NCBI GenBank assembly: GCA_965217865.1
Contig: CBDCJO010000002.1
Location: forward strand, 4,352,001 to 4,416,000
Length of the DNA stretch: 64,000 bases
From: Candidatus Latescibacterota bacterium
GTDB taxonomy: Bacteria > Latescibacterota > UBA2968 > SICM01
Reading direction: 5' to 3'
Under the pieces are notes generated by a model. That model did not search any database. It worked only from the letters and a program-made list of their open reading frames with translations, and was not told the DNA's origin. The translations under genes and the position numbers were made by a program. Below are positions 37,901-46,768 of this stretch, one piece after another (within the stretch, counting starts at the first letter, position 1; every line of letters begins with the position of its first letter).

Positions 37901-40809
37901 CGCCCAGGGGCCGGTTGTCAGAGGCCCGGGGGAAAACGAAACGGGGAAGGGGTAAAAGGGAGAGGGGGGGCGTTCCCCCTTCCGCGCTTCCCGTTGTCCC
38001 TGATTTCCGGGAAATGGGGGAGATGACGCACATCCAGGTCGTGGGGGCCAGGGAGAACAACCTCAGGAATGTGGATGTGAAGATTCCAAGGGAGCGGATG
38101 ACCGTGGTGTCGGGGGTCAGCGGGTCGGGGAAGTCGTCTTTTGCTCTCGATACCGTATACGCGGAAGGGCAAAGACGCTATGTTGAATCGCTTTCTACGT
38201 ATGCCCGGCAGTTTCTGGGCCAGATGCAGAAGCCTAAAGTGGAACGGGTGATCGGTCTCTCCCCGGCCATAGCGATCGAACAGAAAGCGGTCAGCAAAAA
38301 CCCTCGATCCACGGTGGGGACGGTGACGGAGGTGTATGACTACTTGAGGGCCCTTCTGGCGACTGTGGGGACGCGATATTGTCCGGATTGTGACGTCAAG
38401 GTGGGGGCGCAGACGGTACAGGAGATGGTGGATCGGATCCTGGATATGCCGGGAGGGAGGCGGCTTCTGCTGCTTGCCCCACTGGCCCCGGGGAAGGGGG
38501 AGGATTACGAGACCATTCTGAATCGGATGCGTAGGAACGGGTTTGTTCGCGGCCGTCTCGATGGGAAGATGTTCGATCTGAAGAAAGAGATCGAAATCGA
38601 CCATCGACAAAATCACCGTCTGGAGATCGTCGTGGACCGGCTCTCCGTATCCCGGCGATCCGTACGACGGTTTGCGGATTCCGCGGCCATCGCGCTAGAC
38701 CTGTCGGGGGGCACTTTAATTGTGGCTTCCCCCGATGATTCCAGGGAGCTGCGGTTGAGTCAACACCTTTCGTGTCCTTCGTGCGGGCGGGGATTTGAGT
38801 CTCTCTCACCGCAACACTTTTCGTTCAATCATTACGAGGGATGGTGTCCCAACTGCGAGGGATTGGGCGTGCAGGAGGGTTTGAATCGGGGAACGGTCGT
38901 GCCGGATTCTCGAAAATCGCTTCGGGATGGGGCGGTCGCAGTCTGGGGACCTTTGAGAGGGAGGCCGCTGGGGGCGATGATATCTTCTCTGGGGAAGATC
39001 GAAGGATTTGACCTTGACACGCCGTTCAGGGATATGGATCCCAAGGCCCATCGGTGTTTGTTGCAGGGGACGGGGGACCGGTGGATAAAGGGACCTGGAG
39101 GTTTTAAATTTCGTTTCAAGGGGATCTTCCCCGCAGTGGAGGAGATCGTACGGGCTTCACGCCGGCTGCGGGAGGCAATCGGACATGAGGTTCAGGAAAT
39201 CGTCTGCCCGGAATGCGAAGGGAGCCGAATCCGACCCGAGAGCCGGGCTGTCAGACTTCAGGGCCGGACCGTTATGGATCTGTCCCGGATGCCGATCTCA
39301 GATTGCCGCATCTTTTTCGACAAGCTTAGGCTGGACCAGAGGAGACGGAAGGCAGCCGGGGAGGTTCTGAATGAAATCAAGGGTCGTCTGAGGTTCCTGG
39401 ATGATGTGGGCCTGGACTATCTGACTCTGGATCGAAGGGCCCCCACTTTATCCGGCGGAGAGTCCCAAAGGATTCGTCTGGCCGGACAAATCGGGAGTGG
39501 GCTGACGGGTGTGCTCTACGTGCTTGACGAACCGACGATAGGGCTCCATCCGAGAGATAACAGGCGCCTTTTGAAGGCACTGAAACGGCTTCGAAACCTG
39601 GGGAACACCCTTATTGTGGTTGAACACGACCGGGACACGCTGATTTCCGCCGACCACGTCCTCGATTTCGGACCGGGGGCCGGGGCCCACGGGGGATATT
39701 TGGTTGCCGAAGGGCGTCCCCGAGAACTGAACCGCGGGAATGGATCCCTGACGGGTCAATATCTCAGCGGGAAGTTGCAGATCGATGTACCGCATAAACG
39801 GCGCAAATCAAGCGGATGCCTGGAGGTTATCGGCGCCTGGCACAACAACCTGAAGGGGATCGACGTGAAGATTCCGACAGGGGTTTTCACCTGCGTGACC
39901 GGCGTCTCCGGATCGGGTAAGAGTTCACTCGTGAACGACGTCGTCCACGGAGGACTCTCCAGGGAGATCGAGGGCTCCCGGAACGCAGGAGGTACCTGCG
40001 ATGAAATCCGCGGGACGGATGCCCTGGACAAGGTCATCTCCATCGACCAGGCCCCCATCGGGCATTCGCCCCGAAGCAATCCGCTGACATATGTGGGGGG
40101 GTTCAACGGGATCAGGGACCTGTTTTCGAGGCTTCCGGAATCCCGAAAACGGGGTTATTCCCCCCGCCAGTTCAGCTTCAACGTTGGACGTGGCCGGTGC
40201 GAGTCGTGCGAGGGGATCGGGGCAAGACGGATTGAGATGCATTTTCTCCCGGACGTGTATGTGACGTGCGATGCCTGCAGGGGGAAGCGATACACCCCGG
40301 AAACCCTTGATATCCGGTATAAAGGGTTGTCGATCGCCGATGTGCTGGAACGTACGATCTCAGAGGCTCTTGAGCATTTCAGTGAGATCCCGAAAATCCG
40401 CCGGACCCTCCAGACGCTCGAGGATGTGGGCCTTGGCTATATGGCAACGGGTCAGTCCTCAAGGACGCTTTCGGGTGGAGAGGCACAACGGGTGAAACTC
40501 GCGTCGGAGCTTTCCCGGCCAAGCACCGGGAAAACGATCTACTTCCTGGACGAGCCCACGACCGGACTCCACGTCGCTGACATCAAGAATCTCTTAAAGG
40601 TCCTGAATCGGCTCGTGGATGCGGGAAATACGGTTGTTGTGATCGAACACAATATGGATGTGATCAAGACGGCGGACTGGGTGATCGACCTGGGTCCGGA
40701 GGGGGGGGAACAAGGGGGTGAGGTCGTGGGGGTCGGAACGCCCGAGGAGGTGGCGAAGGTGGACGCGTCGCATACCGGGAGGATTCTGCAGGAGGTTCTT
40801 GGGTCGTAA
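34975..40809 (+). CDS. uvrA: Excinuclease ABC subunit A, double-length (two tandem UvrA units, 1944 aa)
   Basis: Four GVSGSGKSS Walker A motifs, two AEGQRRY..SLS starts, repeated (L)SGGE(A/S)QR signatures and Zn fingers in one frame. Confidence 0.96.
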   Translation: METRNLEVHRARVHNLRNVSVDLKRNRLICFTGVSGSGKSSLAFDTIYAEGQRRYIESLSSYARQFLGQMEKPDVDAIKGISPTLSIEQKAAGRNPRSTVGTITEIFDYLRVLFSRVGTPHCVKCGKPIGAQSREGIVERILGLGEGTRIHVMAPIVKKRKGEYVELFQELLRDGYVRARVDGKLVDLPDTPRLGRYIKHDIDVVVDRLVVRPDERVRVAEAVDAALRLGQGTVIVSMERGEGRGGEGKRDTGQAPAPLLAPDKLGMDGEKGGGEWDELLLSCNFACTECGISVEEPTPQMFSFNNPQGMCPECSGLGTRFAMDLSLVVPDERLSLVDGAITPIGVPANRWKLHYYEGVLNHFGFNCRDPWEKVSDEARRSLLYGMGNRKIWFSWRRRNGSISRHRDTFEGILAPLERKYVEGRSHAMRKVGKFMRTSPCEACEGARLRPEALSVKIAGGSIADVVKMSVEEAHDFFSCLELNRTQQIIAEDALKEIAGRLKFLLDVGLGYLALDRTAPTLAGGEAQRIRLASQIGSSLVGVTYVLDEPSIGLHNRDNRKLLNALGALRDAGNTVIVVEHDEETMKEADMIVDFGPGPGHRGGEITAVGNWEEVASSPESVTGDYLAGRRKIAIPDRRRTIDGRWLEVYGARQNNLKEIDVRIPIGRLTCVTGVSGSGKSSLINDVVFASLARDLNGAMTEPGAFRDIKGTDHLDKVIKIDQQPIGRTPRSNPATYTGVFTPIRELFAELPESKVRGYKPGRFSFNVKGGRCAACDGYGANLVEMDFLADVWVQCPVCEGQRFNRETLEVRFKGMSIAQVQDMEVEEALVFFKDIPRIRRILQTLEDVGMGYVKLGQPAPTLSGGEAQRVKLAAELCRKSTGKTLYILDEPTTGLHFADIQNLLNVLHRFVDEGNTVIVIEHNMEIIKTGDWLIDLGPDGGDGGGEVVATGTPEAVSRVKGSYTGNVLKEILKGKAPRGRLSEARGKTKRGRGKRERGGVPPSALPVVPDFREMGEMTHIQVVGARENNLRNVDVKIPRERMTVVSGVSGSGKSSFALDTVYAEGQRRYVESLSTYARQFLGQMQKPKVERVIGLSPAIAIEQKAVSKNPRSTVGTVTEVYDYLRALLATVGTRYCPDCDVKVGAQTVQEMVDRILDMPGGRRLLLLAPLAPGKGEDYETILNRMRRNGFVRGRLDGKMFDLKKEIEIDHRQNHRLEIVVDRLSVSRRSVRRFADSAAIALDLSGGTLIVASPDDSRELRLSQHLSCPSCGRGFESLSPQHFSFNHYEGWCPNCEGLGVQEGLNRGTVVPDSRKSLRDGAVAVWGPLRGRPLGAMISSLGKIEGFDLDTPFRDMDPKAHRCLLQGTGDRWIKGPGGFKFRFKGIFPAVEEIVRASRRLREAIGHEVQEIVCPECEGSRIRPESRAVRLQGRTVMDLSRMPISDCRIFFDKLRLDQRRRKAAGEVLNEIKGRLRFLDDVGLDYLTLDRRAPTLSGGESQRIRLAGQIGSGLTGVLYVLDEPTIGLHPRDNRRLLKALKRLRNLGNTLIVVEHDRDTLISADHVLDFGPGAGAHGGYLVAEGRPRELNRGNGSLTGQYLSGKLQIDVPHKRRKSSGCLEVIGAWHNNLKGIDVKIPTGVFTCVTGVSGSGKSSLVNDVVHGGLSREIEGSRNAGGTCDEIRGTDALDKVISIDQAPIGHSPRSNPLTYVGGFNGIRDLFSRLPESRKRGYSPRQFSFNVGRGRCESCEGIGARRIEMHFLPDVYVTCDACRGKRYTPETLDIRYKGLSIADVLERTISEALEHFSEIPKIRRTLQTLEDVGLGYMATGQSSRTLSGGEAQRVKLASELSRPSTGKTIYFLDEPTTGLHVADIKNLLKVLNRLVDAGNTVVVIEHNMDVIKTADWVIDLGPEGGEQGGEVVGVGTPEEVAKVDASHTGRILQEVLGS

Positions 40810-40835
40810 TGGCCGGCTGAAAATTTGTTGATCCT

Positions 40836-40861
40836 GTAGGGGCGACCCTTGCGTTCCCCTA
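40836..40861 (+). repeat. GTAG-type REP-like palindrome
   Basis: GTAGGGGCGACCCTTGCGTTCCCCTA downstream of uvrA. Confidence 0.5.
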
Positions 40862-40958
40862 TGATTTTGGTTTCTTTGTGCTTTTTTCCCGACGGCTTTT
40901 TTGCCGTCTTTTTTTTTGAGCTCTGGCTTAGATGTCAACGCCAACATCCGGACATTTT

Positions 40959-41717
40959 TTACACCCGCCCGGGCCCGCTTTCGAGGATCCGCCGCAGGAA
41001 CAGCTTTGTCCTTTCCTGACGGGGAGCCTGCAAGACTTCCTCCGGCCCCCCTTCCTCCACGATCACCCCTTCATCCATAAACAATACCCTGTGCGCCACT
41101 TCCCTTGCGAAGGACATTTCGTGGGTCACCACCACCATGGTCGTTCCCTCGGCCACGAGGGAACGCATCGCATGCAGGACCTCGCCGACCCATTCCGGGT
41201 CGAGAGATGAGGTGGGTTCGTCGAATAACATAATCTCCGGTTCCATCGCAAGGGCACGGGCGATGGCAACTCGCTGCTGCTCACCTCCCGACATCTGTTG
41301 CGGATAAGCACCCATGCGTGACCCGATGCCCACTTTCCTGAGAAGGGTTTCAGCTCGTGTCTCCGCTTCCTCAATCTGAAGGCCCATTACTCTCCTCGGA
41401 GCAAGGGTGACGTTCTGCAGGGCGGTCAAATGTGGAAAAAGGTTGAAGCGCTGGAAGACCATTCCGATTTTCCGCCTCACTTTGTTCCGATCCGTACCCG
41501 ACCGGGTGATGTCCTTCCCATCCAGGAGTACCTGTCCCGAGGTGGGCTCCTCAAGCAGGTTCAGGCAATGTAGAAAGGTGGACTTTCCACATCCGGACGG
41601 GCCCACGAGGACCACGACCTCACGTTTTGAGACCGATAGATTGATTCCCTTAAGGACGGTATGGCCCCCGAAGCTCTTATAGAGCTCCCTGGACTCGAGG
41701 ATCGGAATTTCAGGCAT
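40959..41717 (-). CDS. Polar amino-acid ABC transporter ATP-binding protein (GlnQ-like)
   Basis: [43 protein letters not shown]. Confidence 0.95.
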   Translation of the reverse strand: MPEIPILESRELYKSFGGHTVLKGINLSVSKREVVVLVGPSGCGKSTFLHCLNLLEEPTSGQVLLDGKDITRSGTDRNKVRRKIGMVFQRFNLFPHLTALQNVTLAPRRVMGLQIEEAETRAETLLRKVGIGSRMGAYPQQMSGGEQQRVAIARALAMEPEIMLFDEPTSSLDPEWVGEVLHAMRSLVAEGTTMVVVTHEMSFAREVAHRVLFMDEGVIVEEGGPEEVLQAPRQERTKLFLRRILESGPGRV

Positions 41718-41828
41718 AAAAACCTCAGGGATCAGTAATCAGGGGTCAGGTGTCGGAAGAGCTGGTATCAGATACCGAGGATCAAGAGGTGGGGACCACC
41801 ACCTCCGACACCTGATACCGACCCCGAC

Positions 41829-43247
41829 TCACCCCGCCCGTCCCGCTTCCCACCTTTTCTCCATCCCTGCCGCCAACCGGGTCAGGGGAAAGGTGACAGC
41901 GAAATAGAAGATCGCAACCAGGGGCCAGACGGTCAAAGGATCCGCGTAACGGCCCGACAATTCCTGCCCGGCTCTTGTCAACTCGGTCAGTCCCATCACG
42001 GAGACCAGAGAGGAGTCCTTGAGAAGGGCAACGGCCTCGTTGGTCAGAGGGGGAACCATTCTCCGAAGGGCTTGCGGGAGCACAACGAATCGGAGGGCTT
42101 TCCACCTGGTCATCCCCAGGGATCGCGCGGCTTCGGTTTGTCCTCGATCCACTGAGAGTATCCCCGCCCGGCAGGTTTCAGCGATATAAGCACTGGCATT
42201 GACCCCAAGGGCGACGACCCCCGCGGACCATGCAGAGAGAGAAAGACCGACCGAGGGAAGGACGAAGTAGACAAAAAAGATCTGGACCAAAAGGGGCGTG
42301 CCCCTCAAGAGCTCTATATATGTACCAGCTGCGATGGAGATGATACGAGAGGGGAGGATCCGAAATAAAGCCACCAGAAGCCCCAGGGGAAGGGCGAGCA
42401 GGTATGCGCCGATGGTCAGCTGGAGTGTCCAGAAGATTCCCTTTGCGAACACGGGAAGCACACGTTCAGACAGGGAGGGTCCCGGGGGAGGGGGCTTTTT
42501 AGGATCGAACCATTTCGAGTAGAGTTGGTCGTAGGTCCCGGAAGCCCGGATCCGGAAAAGGGCGTTGTTCACGGCGGCAACCAGGTCCGCATCTTCCTTT
42601 CTGAACACGAACCCATATCGATCCTGTGTCAAAAGGTCGCCCACCATCTCAAGGTCCGGGAAGTTCTGCCCGATCATCCACTTTATGGTGGGGGCATCGC
42701 CGATCACGGCGCGAAGACGGCCCTGCTTGAGGTCGAGAAGGGCGAGGTCCATCGAGGCGTACTTCCGAATATCCACCCCTCCCTGGCGTTCCAGCAGGTA
42801 CTGGGAGGTGGTGTTCACCTGCACCCCGACTGCTTTCCCGAAAAGATCAGGAAGGTGTGTGATCTCCCTCTCGTCTTTTCGCACGGTGATGATCTGTCCG
42901 GCATTGTAATATGGATCTGCGAAGGCCATCTCCGCTGCCCGCTCCGGGGTGATGGTGACAGCAGAGATGATCATGTCGTACTTTCCGGCGATCAGTCCAG
43001 GAAAGATTCCGTCGAAGCTGACATTCGTCCAGATGATGCGGATCCCCAACTCGCGGGAAAGGGCCTCCCCGAGGTCGATATCGAATCCCTCATAAGCATC
43101 CCCGATTTTGCTCTCGAAAGGCGGGTAGGTCGCATCGGTTCCTACCTGGATCTCGCCGGTTCTGCGGATGTGTTCCAGGGCGGTCTCTCCGAAGCCAGGA
43201 TTGGCCAGGAGGCAGATCAGCATAGCGCAAATCGAGGCGTGTCTCAT
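41829..43247 (-). CDS. Polar amino-acid ABC transporter, fused substrate-binding (family 3) and permease protein
   Basis: Signal peptide, DATYPPFE..GFDIDL, then RGTPLLVQ and the EAA loop GQTEAARSLGM. Confidence 0.93.
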   Translation of the reverse strand: MRHASICAMLICLLANPGFGETALEHIRRTGEIQVGTDATYPPFESKIGDAYEGFDIDLGEALSRELGIRIIWTNVSFDGIFPGLIAGKYDMIISAVTITPERAAEMAFADPYYNAGQIITVRKDEREITHLPDLFGKAVGVQVNTTSQYLLERQGGVDIRKYASMDLALLDLKQGRLRAVIGDAPTIKWMIGQNFPDLEMVGDLLTQDRYGFVFRKEDADLVAAVNNALFRIRASGTYDQLYSKWFDPKKPPPPGPSLSERVLPVFAKGIFWTLQLTIGAYLLALPLGLLVALFRILPSRIISIAAGTYIELLRGTPLLVQIFFVYFVLPSVGLSLSAWSAGVVALGVNASAYIAETCRAGILSVDRGQTEAARSLGMTRWKALRFVVLPQALRRMVPPLTNEAVALLKDSSLVSVMGLTELTRAGQELSGRYADPLTVWPLVAIFYFAVTFPLTRLAAGMEKRWEAGRAG

Positions 43248-43449
43248 GGTTTTCTCCGATGGCAAACCCGCGAATCGTGAAACGTAAATCGAATCCCGAA
43301 AAAGGCAATATCTCGTATCCCGTTAAGATAGCGAAGCTTGAGCAACGAAAAGGATATCACCCCCCCCGTGTCTGGGAAAGACCGCCGCCTTACTGGGGAT
43401 TCAAAAAAAGGGTGGTGAATATCATTCAAATGGCACTTCACGTCCCAGT

Positions 43450-44490
43450 TTAATGAAGCCATCCGGTTTTATTTGCGCGGTCCAATGCGGTACGAAGTCG
43501 ATCGGGGGTCAGATTCGGCAGCCGTCCTGGATCGGCGGACAAAAGGCCGTTTAAGCCCGCCTCTTCAGCCGCCTCGGCAGTGGCCTCGAAGATGGGGGGG
43601 AGTCGATTTTCCTCAATCATTTTCACCTGGAACATGGGCCCCTTGCTTCTTTTCATCCGAACCCCGGTCGAGAAGGCCAGCACCAGAGCTTCTTGAACAT
43701 ATCCATCGATGAATCCGCCTCTTGCCAACCCTAAGGCGGATCGACCTGCCAACCGGTTAAGCTGGTCCGGGCCCATGGGAGCGTCGGTAGCGACGATAGC
43801 GCAGACCGAACGGGTCCGCACACCCTCGAGATCAGGCAGGTCCAGGAAACGGCCTACGGGAACCCCATTCACCCTCAACCCGGGACGTTCCCCGCCATTG
43901 GCTGCCACAAGAATTCCGATCCTGTGCCCCTCCACCAGCCTGGAGGATGTCCCAACGCCCCCCCTCAACCCGAATGCGCATAACCCTCTTCCGATCCCGG
44001 AGCTGCCCTCGGCCACCTCCTCGGGGGTGTGTCCAAAACAGAGGAGCAACTCGGCCTCTCCGATTTTTTGTTCTTTCTTCCGATCGTTGAGGGTTCCGTC
44101 GTCAATTCCGACGATCACGGGAGGCCAACCCGCGTCGATCGAAAGGCCCGCGTCCCGTCGATGTCCGTAAGAGATCACCCCATCGTAGACTCCGCCAAAC
44201 GCAGGGGCGGGGGCCAGCACAATCGGACCGGAGAATGTGCCGAAATCCTCTGCGACGGGAAGGCCGGACATCTTTGCTCCCCCGTCGAGAGTCCAGCGGC
44301 CCAGGAAGAGTTTGTGTTTCTCCGGGGTTCCGGAAAAAGGAATCACAGCGGTGAGTCCCGTCAGGAGTCCTGTCCCTGCGATGTCCGTATGACCCACCCT
44401 GATTCCCTCAATGTCCGCGATGGCATTGAACGGTCCAGGTTGAAACCGTCCGATCCGGATGCCAAGGTCTCTAATTCGGGTTCCCGCCAT
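43450..44490 (-). CDS. DmpA/P1-family peptidase homolog, degenerate
   Basis: GPFNAIADIEGIRVGH, GLRGGVGTSSR, ATDAPM..LAGRS..GLAR, AAEEA. Lacks the SGD motif. Confidence 0.8.
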   Translation of the reverse strand: MAGTRIRDLGIRIGRFQPGPFNAIADIEGIRVGHTDIAGTGLLTGLTAVIPFSGTPEKHKLFLGRWTLDGGAKMSGLPVAEDFGTFSGPIVLAPAPAFGGVYDGVISYGHRRDAGLSIDAGWPPVIVGIDDGTLNDRKKEQKIGEAELLLCFGHTPEEVAEGSSGIGRGLCAFGLRGGVGTSSRLVEGHRIGILVAANGGERPGLRVNGVPVGRFLDLPDLEGVRTRSVCAIVATDAPMGPDQLNRLAGRSALGLARGGFIDGYVQEALVLAFSTGVRMKRSKGPMFQVKMIEENRLPPIFEATAEAAEEAGLNGLLSADPGRLPNLTPDRLRTALDRANKTGWLH

Positions 44491-44565
44491 GGATAAACCT
44501 AATTTGAATCGTTCGGAGGGGTTCGCGAATTGCCCCCACATGGTGACTCATATGGTCAACGACCC

Positions 44566-44591
44566 AGGGGCGAATCACGAGTCGTCCCTAC
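44566..44591 (-). repeat. GTAG-type REP-like palindrome overlapping the DmpA stop codon
   Basis: Minus strand GTAGGGACGACTCGTGATTCGCCCCT. Confidence 0.5.
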
Positions 44592-45886
44592 TTCAATTTA
44601 TTGTAAGTCCTGAACACCTCCAACAGGCGATCGAGGGGCAATGCGTGGACGGTGTTATCGTTCCTTCCGGTCATGGTCGTTGCGGTCGTCAGGGCATTCA
44701 ATACCGCCTCCTCAGTGGCCTCAATCGTGGCCTGGTAGATGGGGTTGATCGCGCTGTCGTCAAGGACCTTAAGGTTCGATGCCTGTACCCCGGGACGTGC
44801 AGGCAACAGGTTTCCGGTCGAAAAGGCCAGGGCAAGGTCTCCGCTGGAGTGCATCGAAAGGGATCCCGTCCGGGCGAGCCCCATAGCTGCGCGTTTCGCC
44901 AACCGCCTGAGTTGGACGGGAAGCAAGGGGGCGTCGGTGGCTATCACCAGAAGGATCGACTTTGAGCGGCTTTTCCCGGGTTCCGGCATTCGGTCCGGGA
45001 TCTCTCTACCCACGGGCACTCCTAAAATCATCAACTGGGGCCTCCTACCGTGGTTGGCCTGGACGAGAACCCCGACGGTGAATTGAAGCCCGTTCGAAGT
45101 TACGAAACGCCGCGAGGAGGTCCCCGTTCCTCCTTTGAACCCGTAGGAAATCATGCCGGTACCGCCACCGACACATCCTTCTGCGATTAGCCCGGAGGTT
45201 GCGGTTTCGATGGCAGATCGAACGTGTTCCCTCTGGACATGCCGTCCCTCGATATCGTTCAGGAAGGCATCCCAGGTTTCCCCTACCACCGGCTCGGGCC
45301 AATCTCCTGACGCCATCAATCCCGGCCTCCGTTCCAGCATCCAGCTCAAAGCCGAATCGTAGACCTTTCCGATGTTAGACGTGTTTGTGAGGAGGATGGG
45401 ACCACCTAACCGTCCGGTGCGTCGGATATATCCGATCCCGGTCATCTCTCCATTGCCGTTCAGCGTCAGGTCCCCTGCAAATAGATCCACCTCAAGATCC
45501 TTCCCGACAGGAAGAATCGCGGTCACACCCGTCCTGACAGGGCCTTCTCCAACGATCAGCTTCCCTTTTCCCCGGATCAACGTCGTGTAACCGACTTCCA
45601 CCCCTGCCACATCCGTGATCGCGTTGAAGGGGCCCGGGGGCATCGTCCCCGGAGTGACGCCCAGCTGACGCAACCGCACCCGGGTTTCCTTGAGATCCCC
45701 TATCCCGTTACCCAAGATCGATCCCGGAACTGCCAGGATAGCCGTTCCCGCCAACCCAATATCCAAAAACCTTCGGCGAGTGATCCTGTCGCTGAACAAT
45801 GCAAACGAGTGGTCTTTCACCGCTTCTTCAGTGGGTGTGGAATCTCCGCGAACCTTGCCGGCTTTTTCTCTCCACCCTTTATTCAT
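44588..45886 (-). CDS. DmpA/P1-family (D-aminopeptidase/beta-peptidyl aminopeptidase) peptidase with a Tat signal
   Basis: TRRRFL twin-arginine leader, NAITDVAGVEVG, NGNGEMTG, PVVGETWD, FKGGTGTSSR, SSGD, ATEEAVLN. Start may be GTG 45820. Confidence 0.9.
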   Translation of the reverse strand: MNKGWREKAGKVRGDSTPTEEAVKDHSFALFSDRITRRRFLDIGLAGTAILAVPGSILGNGIGDLKETRVRLRQLGVTPGTMPPGPFNAITDVAGVEVGYTTLIRGKGKLIVGEGPVRTGVTAILPVGKDLEVDLFAGDLTLNGNGEMTGIGYIRRTGRLGGPILLTNTSNIGKVYDSALSWMLERRPGLMASGDWPEPVVGETWDAFLNDIEGRHVQREHVRSAIETATSGLIAEGCVGGGTGMISYGFKGGTGTSSRRFVTSNGLQFTVGVLVQANHGRRPQLMILGVPVGREIPDRMPEPGKSRSKSILLVIATDAPLLPVQLRRLAKRAAMGLARTGSLSMHSSGDLALAFSTGNLLPARPGVQASNLKVLDDSAINPIYQATIEATEEAVLNALTTATTMTGRNDNTVHALPLDRLLEVFRTYNKLK

Positions 45887-45955
45887 GAGAGGTGCATAGC
45901 CTTGGGTTAGGGAGGCCAAAAAACAGACGAAGTTTCCAACGACTGTTATATAGCC

Positions 45956-45982
45956 GTAGGGGCGCACGGCCGTGCGCCCCTA
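45956..45982 (+). repeat. GTAG-type REP palindrome
   Basis: GTAGGGGCGCACGGCCGTGCGCCCCTA is a perfect palindrome after the first G. Confidence 0.65.
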
Positions 45983-46086
45983 TCAGTGAAAACCGACATT
46001 CTGGGAAAATCAAGACCAACCATCAGGAGTTCCAGAATCCTGTGGATCCGCTCAAACTCGCGTTTTCCCCTGGCAACACACAGGTT

Positions 46087-46740
46087 CTATCGTCTGGGCA
46101 GGGTTCTGCGACCCCGACCGAAGGTGATTTGGGTGCTGCGCGATTCTGGGGGAGAGGTGGGTTGATCGATCCGGGAGGGGGGCTCTATGGGAGGGAGGTC
46201 CGGAATTTCCAGGAATTTAGCGGGCACCTCCAAAGTCAGGATGGTGGGGCCGCAGTCGAAAAAAGATACCCCTTCAGCGTGTGCCTGCTTGGCAAGGATT
46301 CGGATAACCACCTGAGGTTTCCCCCACCGCCGCGGACGGGAATCCCGTTCCGACTGATGGGAGAGATGAACGTAATAACGATCCCCGGGAAGGAGACCCT
46401 TGCTCCGAATGGCATCCAGATCTCCCACGGGAACATCCTTGTAAAGAAATTCGGGTGGGGTGATGGGTTCCCGATCCATTTCGATCGGGATACTATGGCC
46501 GTATCTCGCGCGGATTTTCCCCTCTTCAATCTCGAATCGTTGCTTCTCCGCATCGTGAACCAGGTGCTCTATTTCCTCTAAGGTAATAGAGGAAGTCCGC
46601 TCCTGGAGGGCGGTCAGCACGGTTTCGACATCCGCATAACCGTACTTGTCCACCTCCACGCCGAACTCCTCGGGGCGATGTCGGAGCATCAACGAGAGCA
46701 TTTTTGAAAGGTGCTCTATGTGTCTGCGATCCATCATCAT
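46087..46740 (-). CDS. kptA: RNA 2'-phosphotransferase (Tpt1/KptA family)
   Basis: LSKMLSLMLRHRP, KQRF, IRARYGHS, R.YVHLS. Confidence 0.88.
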   Translation of the reverse strand: MMMDRRHIEHLSKMLSLMLRHRPEEFGVEVDKYGYADVETVLTALQERTSSITLEEIEHLVHDAEKQRFEIEEGKIRARYGHSIPIEMDREPITPPEFLYKDVPVGDLDAIRSKGLLPGDRYYVHLSHQSERDSRPRRWGKPQVVIRILAKQAHAEGVSFFDCGPTILTLEVPAKFLEIPDLPPIEPPSRIDQPTSPPESRSTQITFGRGRRTLPRR

Positions 46741-46768
46741 TAGGAGATGTGATATTGAAGGAGGTGGA

